From: a virus
Length of the DNA stretch: 64,000 nucleotides
Virus record (IMG/VR): IMGVR_UViG_3300035670_000022
Span: 1-64,000 of that record
Reading direction: 5' to 3' (one strand)
Positions within the stretch are counted from its first letter, which is position 1. Each line of letters opens with the position of its first letter. The position numbers and the translations under genes were made by a program. The notes under the pieces were generated by a model. It saw only the letters and a program-made list of their open reading frames with translations. It did no database searches and was not told where the DNA came from. Positions 16,933 through 26,138 of this stretch are shown one piece after another.

Positions 16933-17697
16933 CTACTTGACGTTGATGTTGAGAATCCCCAACTGGTAGTACTCTCGAGCAGCTTCTGACTCCAAGTCAT
17001 CGTAGACGATCAGAATGATGAGGCAGTCTAGAACAATTCCCAGTCTTTTCTCAAATTCTTGAAGACTGAGTTTTTCTCTAACCAGTTTCATATTCCTGTC
17101 TTTGACACTTAACCACACTGCGAATAAGCAGTCGTAGCCTTGGGGGTCGATATGACGATACATCTTGACCTTGTTGGCTATGTGCGTGGCAGAGTAGACC
17201 TTCTCGGAAGTGGGATGAACCCAGTCTAAATCATACGGGAGCTCATTCTGCAAATATGCTAGAAGATCACTACGCACCGCATCGATATGCATCTGTCTAC
17301 GCACATAATTTGGTGATCTTAATTTCGCTCCGGCGTTACGGTACGTATAACGTCCAAAGCGTTCTAGTTCGGCTTGATATATCTTCTTCTTTTTCCGATC
17401 GATAAAGTCTCGATACTGGTTTAGGACTTCGGCGAAGTCCACTTCTTTATGGGTGTAGAGTATCTTTTTAAGCCGTTGGCTAGGTTTAAAGGAGACGGTG
17501 TTAGACTTTGTTCCTTCTTCAGGAGTAAGTATTCCAACTAGAAAGAGTCCGTGCTGACTTCCCCGGCTTAGCTGCAGCATCACAAAGGTAAAGTAGGCAC
17601 GGATCACTAGGCTGATGATAGTCCGGGGTAGACCTGTAACGTCGTGGATAAAGTCTACCGAGTCCTCTAAGCATCGTTTGTCTAGCGCTTTTGACAT
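16933..17697 (-). CDS. HU/IHF-like N-terminal domain fused to an unknown domain
   Basis: IHDVTGLPRTIISLVIRAYF..LQLSRG..LVGIL..VSFKPSQRLKKIL follows the HU pattern. Confidence 0.55.
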   Translation of the reverse strand: MSKALDKRCLEDSVDFIHDVTGLPRTIISLVIRAYFTFVMLQLSRGSQHGLFLVGILTPEEGTKSNTVSFKPSQRLKKILYTHKEVDFAEVLNQYRDFIDRKKKKIYQAELERFGRYTYRNAGAKLRSPNYVRRQMHIDAVRSDLLAYLQNELPYDLDWVHPTSEKVYSATHIANKVKMYRHIDPQGYDCLFAVWLSVKDRNMKLVREKLSLQEFEKRLGIVLDCLIILIVYDDLESEAAREYYQLGILNINVK

Positions 17698-17700
17698 TGA

Positions 17701-18906
17701 TTAATAACCTAGGTATTCAACTAGCTCGTCGTTGATGCATGCAGCATATTCTGGCCAGCAGCGGCGGATGTACGGACAAGCACTGGTTAACACATCGTTG
17801 TATCGACGTAAGCAGGGGCTGCCGTATTTGCTAGGCCATTTCTTCATCCAAGAGTTTTCTTGCCCCTTCCGCTCTATGTCGTTTTCTATTTCAGCTTGAA
17901 TCTGTTCCAGATATTCCATGCTCATCTGCATGATCTCTGGGTCTGTGTGGGCAACGATAAAACTGTTAGAAGCCAGGTGTGTGATAGAAATATATTCTGG
18001 CAGTCTGTTAGTCTGCTCATATCTTACTGCCGCGTAGGAGTTTAGCTGCAGATCAAAGGCTACATCTTCAGAGCGGCGGCGGGCTGACTCTGTTTTGTGG
18101 TCGTTGATCACCACCGCACCGTCTGAAGCACGGTAAATAGTATCAATGAAACCATTCCAGTAAAGGTCCTTCTTCGGTCCGAAATAAACTTTCTCGTTCT
18201 CTAAAGGCAGCTCGATTGCGTCAACATGACTTATCTCCTGGGGCAGTTCAAAGTTAAAGACGTAGCAGGCCCCCCAGGCAGCAATGTTAGCTAGACTCAT
18301 TCGCTTGAATGAGAGGTTGTTCCTGGTGGCTTGATTGTCGATTTCTAGACGTAGTGAGGCAAGCCCCGCATTCTCATACTCCTGCCGGAATTTAGTAGGG
18401 GGATAGTCTAAAGGACTCTTAGGTACGGTACCGTCTTTATTGCGAATTTTATCTTCAGCGTTATAGGTAGCAGAAGCGCGGTGTAAAAGATGTCCACAGG
18501 AGAGAGCATATTCAATCACCAGATCTACAGATACCCCTTCTCCTTCTCCTGGGTTATAGGCTTCGACACTGGTCGCTTCCTCTTCTTCGATCTTGTCTTC
18601 CAAGCAGTCATAGATGCTGCTGGCTTCCTGCATCTCTTCTTTGGTTTCTTTCTTTAGAGAGCCGTGTTGAATCTGTAATTTGCAGCAGTCCACTAGCCAG
18701 TTGGTAATTGCTATTTCAATGGCAACATCTTTAGGGGCGCCTTGTAAATACTCTTCTATACAAGAGTGTGCCAGACTTCCTTTAATAAGCGGCTCTTGAA
18801 GAGGAGCTGTATATCCAGACGGTTTTACGATATACCGTAATCTATACAATTCTGGACATTCTTGATAGGCGCTGAGTCTGCTGTAACTGACGGTTTTGCT
18901 GAGCAT
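17701..18906 (-). CDS. PD-(D/E)XK RecB/AddB-like exonuclease
   Basis: SYSRL..YQECP, GSLAH, GFIDTI, DHKT, QLNSYA and C-terminal Cys cluster. Confidence 0.85.
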   Translation of the reverse strand: MLSKTVSYSRLSAYQECPELYRLRYIVKPSGYTAPLQEPLIKGSLAHSCIEEYLQGAPKDVAIEIAITNWLVDCCKLQIQHGSLKKETKEEMQEASSIYDCLEDKIEEEEATSVEAYNPGEGEGVSVDLVIEYALSCGHLLHRASATYNAEDKIRNKDGTVPKSPLDYPPTKFRQEYENAGLASLRLEIDNQATRNNLSFKRMSLANIAAWGACYVFNFELPQEISHVDAIELPLENEKVYFGPKKDLYWNGFIDTIYRASDGAVVINDHKTESARRRSEDVAFDLQLNSYAAVRYEQTNRLPEYISITHLASNSFIVAHTDPEIMQMSMEYLEQIQAEIENDIERKGQENSWMKKWPSKYGSPCLRRYNDVLTSACPYIRRCWPEYAACINDELVEYLGY

Positions 18907-18948
18907 AATCTGAGTAAATTCAGTCCTTAGATTATACCAGCTTTAGCT

Positions 18949-19404
18949 TCACAGCAGGTTGTCTGTACAGTATACAGCTAGAGCAAAAGCCTGCCATGCG
19001 TGGGACTTAAGTCCGTAGGTAAAGCCTGGGTCTTGTTTTGTTCCTTTATCGCCGTATCTTGTCTTTAAGGCTTCAATAACCGTCTTGTCGTTAGCACGTT
19101 GTTTAGGGCATAAATAAGATTTAATGGCGGGGCGGTCGACTAGCATTATGGTATCGGCATTACGCCGTCCACTAAGCCAGGCTTGATAAAAACGCCCAAT
19201 CCAAATACACGTCTGATACGTGGTTCTTCCTACGGCAGAGCCGTAGTTAGTAATATTTTCTATTGCTAGATAGCTTATTCCTTCGGCGATGCCAACCTTC
19301 TGTATAAGGTTGTTGTTGTCAGTAACTCCACTTTCGAGAATGCTATTCCCGTCGTAGACTACATAACCGGACTCTGTTGTGCCGGGATCAATCGCTAGTA
19401 GCAT
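18949..19404 (-). CDS. RuvC-like Holliday junction resolvase
   Basis: LLAIDPGTTESG, AIE and HAWQAFALA. Confidence 0.8.
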   Translation of the reverse strand: MLLAIDPGTTESGYVVYDGNSILESGVTDNNNLIQKVGIAEGISYLAIENITNYGSAVGRTTYQTCIWIGRFYQAWLSGRRNADTIMLVDRPAIKSYLCPKQRANDKTVIEALKTRYGDKGTKQDPGFTYGLKSHAWQAFALAVYCTDNLL

Positions 19405-19762
19405 CAGCTATTTCCTCAAGAACTTCTTTGCGTGTCTCTACATAGCTGCATACCAACTCGCTAATCTTGTTGGGTGAAATCTTGTCTACTTTTTCAGAGC
19501 AGCTTAAAAGTCCATTATAGAGGAGCCCCTGTTTAAAAGACGCATTGTCTTTAAGGAAGGGATACTCTTTTAAGAAGTGATAATCAATGATGATGCAGAG
19601 TACACAAAACCAGTCAGGGGAGATGCTGTTGTTTACCTCAATCTCTGACTTCATCTCAAAGCAGGCAAAACGATCTATTCTTTTTAGGCATTCGATTAGG
19701 GTCAGGTCTTCTGGTTGACGGTCTAAGATGTCATTAAATTTCGTCGCTATCGGATCCATCAA
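19388..19762 (-). CDS. Hypothetical protein
   Basis: 124 aa in operon. Confidence 0.65.
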   Translation of the reverse strand: MMDPIATKFNDILDRQPEDLTLIECLKRIDRFACFEMKSEIEVNNSISPDWFCVLCIIIDYHFLKEYPFLKDNASFKQGLLYNGLLSCSEKVDKISPNKISELVCSYVETRKEVLEEIADATSD

Positions 19763-20522
19763 ATTTTAGGGGTTTGTAAAAGGAGTATATCGGGTGTGGT
19801 AGCGCGGTCTCTACGGTGTGAGTTGCTCGGCTTCGTTCTTCTGGAGTCATAAATATAAAGAAGTCTTTGGACTCAAAGAGTCTTTGCCACCAAAAGGGAG
19901 CCTGTCGACTGTAGTCAGAACCCCATAGGCACTCTTTCTCTCTTTGTTTAATTAACCTTACCCACTGAAACGGAATCTGTTTAAGTCCTTCTATATAGTG
20001 GTGGGTTAGAGTGATGCCATGTTCTAAACAAGCAAGGGTGTGGGTCTTATCCAGTCTGCCTAAGTTTCGTTTCCACCCGTATACCGGATGGAGCGGTTGC
20101 CAAATATCTTTGACTTCCCCTTTTTTAAGAGAAAGACCTATCAGCTTGGCAATGTTGTTTTCTTTAACTTTATGATTTTTTATGTAGGCACTAGGGTAAT
20201 AAAAAGACATAGGGGTGCCGTGGGGGGCTAACACTTCTGTCGGCAACACTTTTGCCTTAAGACTTAATTTTGGTAGAACTCTATCGACAACATGACGGCA
20301 GGCAGTTCTATATCCCATTTTGTTAACCATGCGGGGTGTAACCCAGTCATGTTCGAAGAGGATTTTGCCTTCGTCATATAGTTGGTCTATTAGGCTGAAG
20401 TTAGCTTGAGTATCGTAGATAGATACGTAGGGTGGTGGCTCTACAAAATAGACGGCTGTCACTGAGAGGGGCAGAGCAGCCGGCATCATTTCAACGTGCA
20501 GATAAAAGTTAGAGTTACTCAT
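19734..20522 (-). CDS. Hypothetical protein
   Basis: 262 aa in operon. Confidence 0.7.
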   Translation of the reverse strand: MSNSNFYLHVEMMPAALPLSVTAVYFVEPPPYVSIYDTQANFSLIDQLYDEGKILFEHDWVTPRMVNKMGYRTACRHVVDRVLPKLSLKAKVLPTEVLAPHGTPMSFYYPSAYIKNHKVKENNIAKLIGLSLKKGEVKDIWQPLHPVYGWKRNLGRLDKTHTLACLEHGITLTHHYIEGLKQIPFQWVRLIKQREKECLWGSDYSRQAPFWWQRLFESKDFFIFMTPEERSRATHTVETALPHPIYSFYKPLKFDGSDSDEI

Positions 20523-21714
20523 GGCACTTCAGTAGGTAGTTCTCTAGGCTGCCGTACTTGGCAACGAGTTTGTTCTTCCAAAGACTAATCTTTTCTTGGT
20601 CTTGGTCTACAGCAAGACAGCTCCATATGTAGTTATGGCTTTTGATATCCTGTTCGTAAAGTTCTATAGCAAGGTCTACTAGAGGCTTCAGGTGTTCTTT
20701 TCCATATTGGGCATAGACTACTTGAGAGTAGTCGATACTCACCAGCCAGTCATTAATGTCCGTGATCCCCTCTTCATCTGGCGGCATTAAATAATAAATC
20801 GGCGTTTTACTTAGGGACATCAAGTCAACTAGGTTAGGTAACATAGACCCCCACGATTTGTAGTCGTTAGACTTCTTTGAACCTATGGCGTGTTTATCAC
20901 AGTCATAGACAGCAATGATGCCATCGAAGTGTGAGAAGGCTTCTTGGTGTGGCACCAGGTTGACGTTGACACCAAACTGCCCAATAGCTGGGATGTCTAA
21001 CTGCAACAGCGATAGACAGTCACTAACCCCTTCGCAGATAACAATATAAGAAGATTGTCTTTGATACAGCGCCTTACTGTTGTAGAAATACCGATTGCTT
21101 CCTGGAGTGCCGCCAGAGGATAACCAACGGAGCGACGCATTTTTGTCTAGATTTCTGGCATGGAAATGGACTAGGTTACCCAGAGCGTCGTATATAGGGA
21201 AGATGATGTGATTGTTAAAGTACTCGTCCCCATTACGGGACAGTAGTCCTGCCTTGTCGAGTTGTGCTTCTGATAGTCGATTAGAGCGCAGAAAGTTTCC
21301 GTTAACAGATAGACCTATTTCCGGTACTCTCTTCCAGCCCCTAGACTGACAGTAGGACTCTACGATGGGGAGGTTGTTATGAGCGCAAGTCTGGTAGAGA
21401 TCCCATGCTTTTTGCTTTGTCTTCTGGGCACGGCTAAAGTCTTTTAGACCAACGGAAATGTCCAGGCTGCTAGAAATTAGAGATAAAGACTCACTTAGTC
21501 CTATACCCTTTTGCTCCATGACAAAGTCTAGAACACTGCCGTGGCGATCACATTTGTAGCAGCGATAATATCTATCGTTCCAGATTCTAAATTGCTTGTC
21601 GCTTTGGCAATCTGTAAACGGACACCGACCTCGACCGTTAGTGTTAATAGCAGGTAACTGCAGTAGGTTAGCAGCTTTAGATATCCCGACTAGTTCTTTG
21701 ATTTCATTAATCAT
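20515..21714 (-). CDS. dnaG: DnaG-type DNA primase
   Basis: CPF..C...CYKC zinc finger, IIFPI, Toprim EGVSD...YDCD. Confidence 0.9.
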   Translation of the reverse strand: MINEIKELVGISKAANLLQLPAINTNGRGRCPFTDCQSDKQFRIWNDRYYRCYKCDRHGSVLDFVMEQKGIGLSESLSLISSSLDISVGLKDFSRAQKTKQKAWDLYQTCAHNNLPIVESYCQSRGWKRVPEIGLSVNGNFLRSNRLSEAQLDKAGLLSRNGDEYFNNHIIFPIYDALGNLVHFHARNLDKNASLRWLSSGGTPGSNRYFYNSKALYQRQSSYIVICEGVSDCLSLLQLDIPAIGQFGVNVNLVPHQEAFSHFDGIIAVYDCDKHAIGSKKSNDYKSWGSMLPNLVDLMSLSKTPIYYLMPPDEEGITDINDWLVSIDYSQVVYAQYGKEHLKPLVDLAIELYEQDIKSHNYIWSCLAVDQDQEKISLWKNKLVAKYGSLENYLLKCHE

Positions 21715-21992
21715 TTTCTCCTCCCGCTTTTTGCTTGCAGGAGCCAGTCTGTGTCAAGTGATAAAAGAGCTTCGTTAGTGTTTGAGCAGGTGGGACTAAC
21801 TAATCCTGTTTCAATTAGCAGTTCTAATAACATCTGGTCGACCCCAGATGAGCTGACGTCTTTTATGTAAACAGCTTTGGGCGATATACTTGAGTCTGGC
21901 GCGTTTTTAGTCGTGGCTCCTTGAGATATCTTTTCTTGAGCCACTGAGCATACTGTTCCAAAGAACGGTAGGCTCTTTTTATAGTTACCCAA
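21711..21992 (-). CDS. Hypothetical protein (about 93 aa, TTG start)
   Basis: GGGAG SD-like sequence before TTG at 21992; this start avoids a long overlap with the helicase gene. Confidence 0.5.
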   Translation of the reverse strand: MGNYKKSLPFFGTVCSVAQEKISQGATTKNAPDSSISPKAVYIKDVSSSGVDQMLLELLIETGLVSPTCSNTNEALLSLDTDWLLQAKSGRRK

Positions 21993-23469
21993 CCACTCCC
22001 GCTTGGCTCTGCAGAATTCCGAAGGCTTCTTCTGGGGAGATGATTTCAACGGTTCCTGGGTGTCGTTCTGTGATGTTCTTGATTCTAGATCGGCTGTTAC
22101 TGGTGAGATAGTGTGTTTCATTGTCGTAAAAGTCAATGATGATTGCTTGTCGCTTTCTACCGCTAGCGTCTTTTCGGAGTCCCCGTCCTGTTTTCTGAAT
22201 AATTCCTCGTTTCCCACTACCCCCTGCGGCGTTAATGACGAGTTCGAGCATAGGAACGTCTTCCCCTTCGTTAAGAATCTTACTAGCTATTAGGCACTCT
22301 AGCTCCCCAGACTTGAATTTAGCGACTGCTTCTTCACGTTCTCTACCTGACTCCCCCCAGATAAACGGCACTTCCATCTTTCTGTCTTGAAAGAGTTTGT
22401 TTAGGATTCTACCGTGTTCAACTCTTTCTACTAACACCAACACAACTCCACGGGGACCGCTGCGGCGTAGGAAATGTTCGGCAAAGGAGACAATTAACTC
22501 ATTGCGATACTCATTGTATACAAGTCCCTCTTCGTAGACTTTATGGCGCTCTGGTTTTAACTCCCCTTTGGGGACAGGAATCTTTACTTTGATGCGCGGC
22601 AGTTTAACGAACAGTAGCTGGGGTCTATGGATAACTTTAAGATCCACCATCACTGTTTCTGAGATGCTTAGCGCCCTAGGACCAATAACACCCTCTAGAA
22701 CAATGTCTGATCCGTCTTCTCGGGTTAAAGTGGCGGAAACGCCGACTCGATAACTTGTGTTTTTACACGCAACACTAATACTGTTACCGGTTTTATTGCC
22801 GAAGTTATGACACTCGTCAAAGACGAGCACGTTAATAGACTCCATCTGCTCCTTATACTTGGTAGCTGCGTAAAGGGATAAGGATCGTCCAGTGGCAACA
22901 GTAATTCTCTCCCACGTTTCTTTTCCCCCTCCTATTCTGCCGATGGGTTCATCTAGTCCTTGGCTTAAACTTTTATGGAGGTTGTTAACTAAGTTGACAG
23001 AAGGGACGGCGACAAGGCACTTGGCTGTGGGAAACTGCTGCAAGATAAAGATAATAGAAGAGGTCTTACCGCTCGCTGTTGGAGACTCGATCAGACAACG
23101 TCGCCAATCTAAAACGGTTTTAACTATCTCGACTTGGTGATCCCATGCCCAATCTGGTAGGGGATACTTTGTAGGCGTCACCCAGTTGTCTACCCAACTG
23201 TCTTCTGGGTGTAGGGTGTAGTCTACTTTGTGGGTTTCTAAGGTTCTTAAAACATAGGGAAGTAGTCCTGTAGGGAAGGTTTTATCCTGCCGACTGTAAC
23301 AGTAGCGTCTAGAGTCTTGAGGTTGATACTGTCCTTTCCAACTATTCTTTACGTTTATATACTCAATGTTTCTGTCTCTCCAACTCAGTACCCGTTCTAT
23401 TTCTTCTTCTACAGTAGGAGAGATGGGAGCTTTTAGCTGGGCAAGGCCAGCATTGTATTTAATCTGCAT
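21985..23469 (-). CDS. SF2 DNA helicase (UvsW/ResIII-like)
   Basis: PTASGKT, DECH, SAT, EGEDVP and QKTGRGLR. Confidence 0.9.
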   Translation of the reverse strand: MQIKYNAGLAQLKAPISPTVEEEIERVLSWRDRNIEYINVKNSWKGQYQPQDSRRYCYSRQDKTFPTGLLPYVLRTLETHKVDYTLHPEDSWVDNWVTPTKYPLPDWAWDHQVEIVKTVLDWRRCLIESPTASGKTSSIIFILQQFPTAKCLVAVPSVNLVNNLHKSLSQGLDEPIGRIGGGKETWERITVATGRSLSLYAATKYKEQMESINVLVFDECHNFGNKTGNSISVACKNTSYRVGVSATLTREDGSDIVLEGVIGPRALSISETVMVDLKVIHRPQLLFVKLPRIKVKIPVPKGELKPERHKVYEEGLVYNEYRNELIVSFAEHFLRRSGPRGVVLVLVERVEHGRILNKLFQDRKMEVPFIWGESGREREEAVAKFKSGELECLIASKILNEGEDVPMLELVINAAGGSGKRGIIQKTGRGLRKDASGRKRQAIIIDFYDNETHYLTSNSRSRIKNITERHPGTVEIISPEEAFGILQSQAGVVG

Positions 23470-23481
23470 GGCGTGATGTAT

Positions 23482-23508
23482 AAAAAAGGCGGTCTTATTA
23501 AGACCGCC
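23482..23508 (-). terminator. Rho-independent terminator
   Basis: GGCGGTCTT-AAT-AAGACCGCC-TTTTTT on the minus strand. Confidence 0.75.
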
Positions 23509-23528
23509 ACTTATGGGTTAAGTATGTT

Positions 23529-25019
23529 CTACTCAGCTTCAACTTCTAGATCGTCTTCATCTGAGGCTGTTTTAGGTTTAACACTAAATGCTGCTTCAGA
23601 CAGATTCTTGAAAGTCGAAGTCGTTTTAGCTTCGGTAGCTGGTGCTGCAGGAGTTTCTTTACTCTCAGCTAACGCAGCGGAAGCGGGGGCACTTGGCATC
23701 GCTAAAGAACTAAAGTCGACCGGTTTTCCGTTAGCAGCTCTTGCTTCTTGTTGTGCTACAAGTAAAGCGGTGTTAACAAAGTAGTCAATGTGAACGCCAT
23801 TAAAGCAGCCATTGTCGTCTAACGGCATCGGATTAAACACAGGCGCATAGTCTTTTGAGTACTTGCTCTGCTTCAACTTAGCGCTGTATAACTCTGTCAT
23901 TACAGGATAGAGAGGGAAACCCATTTTATGCATGCGCACCCGCTCGTTACCTGTGCCTTTAGCGTGTAACCACTTGTAGTAGTCACCAGGGAGCATAACA
24001 GCATCGTTGGGTAAGTAGTAGGATTTCCGACGAGTACCACTGAAGTCTTTTGGTAACTTAACAGGAATATCCCATTTACCGTCACCGATACTGCTGAGTA
24101 GGGATTTAGTAATCCGATCAATTCGAACAATAAACGGACGATTCAGAGGACGACCCTGGTAGTCTGTAATTCCTGCATCGGCTACGTTGACCCAGTCAAT
24201 GTCGATGGGGTGTTCAAACTGTCCTTCGTTATGACGAGTGGGGTCTTTTCGTCCTAACTGGAAGACCGCCATCAAAATGTACCCTTTGGGGCTGCATTCG
24301 GTCTCTTCACTGTTCCCCTCAAAGGTGTGCTTGTAATCACGGTTCTTGATGCAGTCGAAGCAAGAACGGATTTCTGAAGACTTGTAATACTCTTTGTAGG
24401 GATTCTCGTTTGCAAGGTCAAAGTTGTTCAAATCATACCGCTTAGCATAAGGAGTGATATGCGGATTAGAAGTGAAGAAGTAACTGGGAGTCGTCGGCTC
24501 TTTTGCAGAGCGACTCATACGATTGAAGGGCTGTTTGATGGGAAACGCTCCCGACGTACGACGCTTCTTCGTAGGTAACTCTTCAACGATACTTTCTGTT
24601 TCACACAGCTTCACGAACTTGCCTTTATACATACCTTCAAGACTGGCTCCCCAGTTATAGCTGAGGATAATACCCCGGACAGCAACAAATTTATGCGCGT
24701 CGTTATTGAGGTTAAGCTCTTCTCCGGTTAGTCCTTGGGATTGTTCTTCTTTTGTAGGGGTGGCAAACCACTCTAAGTATTCTTTCTTGTCGATGCGTAG
24801 GGTTCGGTGGTAAGACCAACTCTTGTCAAAGGTGCTTTGTTCACCGGCGCCCTGCTTAAGCAGAAACTCCTGGCCAATCTGCCCCTCTTTAATGAGATTC
24901 TCTGCATCTTGCTTTGTTGCGTACAACTCGTTGATGTCTTCACTAACATCAATGTCGTACATGTTTAGCGCTGAAGATTCTTCAAACGCCTCGTTGTTGC
25001 CGTGAGTGATTTCGTCCAT
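23529..25019 (-). CDS. Hypothetical replication protein, possibly SSB-like
   Basis: 496 aa with its own promoter motif and terminator; Ala/Pro linker and acidic tail DEDDLEVEAE. Confidence 0.5.
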   Translation of the reverse strand: MDEITHGNNEAFEESSALNMYDIDVSEDINELYATKQDAENLIKEGQIGQEFLLKQGAGEQSTFDKSWSYHRTLRIDKKEYLEWFATPTKEEQSQGLTGEELNLNNDAHKFVAVRGIILSYNWGASLEGMYKGKFVKLCETESIVEELPTKKRRTSGAFPIKQPFNRMSRSAKEPTTPSYFFTSNPHITPYAKRYDLNNFDLANENPYKEYYKSSEIRSCFDCIKNRDYKHTFEGNSEETECSPKGYILMAVFQLGRKDPTRHNEGQFEHPIDIDWVNVADAGITDYQGRPLNRPFIVRIDRITKSLLSSIGDGKWDIPVKLPKDFSGTRRKSYYLPNDAVMLPGDYYKWLHAKGTGNERVRMHKMGFPLYPVMTELYSAKLKQSKYSKDYAPVFNPMPLDDNGCFNGVHIDYFVNTALLVAQQEARAANGKPVDFSSLAMPSAPASAALAESKETPAAPATEAKTTSTFKNLSEAAFSVKPKTASDEDDLEVEAE

Positions 25020-25069
25020 TTTGGTAACTTTAATTTTGGGCTGCTTTTTGAGATTTGTTTTTTTGCTTT

Positions 25070-25083
25070 TACTCTTCTCTGTT
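25070..25083 (-). promoter_or_regulatory. Conserved motif A
   Basis: Exact 14-mer about 51 bp upstream of ATG 25019. Confidence 0.65.
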
Positions 25084-25122
25084 TTTTTGCTCGGTGTTGT
25101 TCTTTGGCGGCCGGCTGGTCAG

Positions 25123-25141
25123 ATTCTGAACAGTTCAGAAT
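25123..25141. promoter_or_regulatory. 19-bp palindromic operator-like site ATTCTGAAC-A-GTTCAGAAT
   Basis: Arms identical to the site at 2266-2284. Confidence 0.6.
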
Positions 25142-25193
25142 GTGGGTCTTTGATTCGTCAGCGAACTATCATATCTGACCAGCCGTGTACTTA

Positions 25194-26138
25194 CTATAGC
25201 ACATTCCTCCCTCTAATCATATCTAGCCAGTGGCACTGAGCGAGATGTGAAGGCTTGAATATGTAGGCTTTCTTGACGTTACGGTCTTTCTTTTTCCCGC
25301 GTTTAGGGGTGTATGCCATAAGTCCACTGTGGGTGGTATCCGCCCAGTATCTATGTGTGAAGTAGCACCAAAGTGCGAATTGAGCCAAAGGAGACTTAAA
25401 GGCCAGAGACGTGCCAGCACTAAGTACTCGTTCAAGAAAGGGTTGAAGATACGTAGAGAGTCCAGACACCTCTCCTTTGTAGAAGAGGTGATACTCGCTA
25501 TAACTACGTCCGAAAAAGTCATACATATCAGAGTCGCTAATCTGACCCCAGCGTTTATAGCCTTCTGGTTCGTTTAAAGACTCTATCAAGTCTTTATGGA
25601 TAGAAGAGAAGGTCCACTCATCAGCGGTGACTAGAGGTAGATCCATGCGCACTTTGTAGTGGTATGACAGCGGAGCAGCTCGATAGAAGTTTTGGATGTT
25701 CTTTTCTTGCTGTGTGTCTGCTTCTGGGAAGCCGTAGTCTAACTTGGTTAGGTCTAGAATCACATAAGGCTTGCCAGAGAGTTTTTTAGCAACTTCTTTT
25801 TGGTCTTCTTTGGTGCCGTCCGTGAGTTCTAGTTTGACGTCCCCACAGGGGAGAGCACAAATAAAGAAGTAAAAGTGCATATCACTGATGACTAGGTTTT
25901 TATCCCTGGGGATACCGTATTCAGTGTTTACTTTGAAGTCTTTTAGGTGGATGATGTACGCCCTAGGGCTGTCGTCAAACGGATCCTCGAACTCTAAGGC
26001 GGTACGTATTTCATGGTTGGTAGGATGATAGAGGTGATGCAAGTTGTGCGGCACCTCTTTCAGAATCCATTGCACTTGTTGGACAGAACCTAAAGTTAAG
26101 TAGGGTACACCACTTGAGAAATTTAGGTTAGATTGCAT
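25194..26138 (-). CDS. Hypothetical protein (possible clamp-loader accessory subunit)
   Basis: 314 aa, overlaps the end of the DnaX-like gene; function inferred from context only. Confidence 0.55.
   Translation of the reverse strand: MQSNLNFSSGVPYLTLGSVQQVQWILKEVPHNLHHLYHPTNHEIRTALEFEDPFDDSPRAYIIHLKDFKVNTEYGIPRDKNLVISDMHFYFFICALPCGDVKLELTDGTKEDQKEVAKKLSGKPYVILDLTKLDYGFPEADTQQEKNIQNFYRAAPLSYHYKVRMDLPLVTADEWTFSSIHKDLIESLNEPEGYKRWGQISDSDMYDFFGRSYSEYHLFYKGEVSGLSTYLQPFLERVLSAGTSLAFKSPLAQFALWCYFTHRYWADTTHSGLMAYTPKRGKKKDRNVKKAYIFKPSHLAQCHWLDMIRGRNVL

Noticed and set aside
17701-18906. Cas4 / CRISPR-associated gene
   Set aside because: No cas1/cas2 or array; the replication-cluster context fits an ordinary phage PD-(D/E)XK exonuclease.
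21993-22217. Long 168-aa version of ORF 21711-22217
   Set aside because: It overlaps the helicase gene by more than 200 bp; an internal TTG with an SD-like sequence at 21992 is more plausible.
25112-25185. Hammerhead ribozyme (CTGACGA on the minus strand)
   Set aside because: No stem II followed by GAAA in the required geometry.
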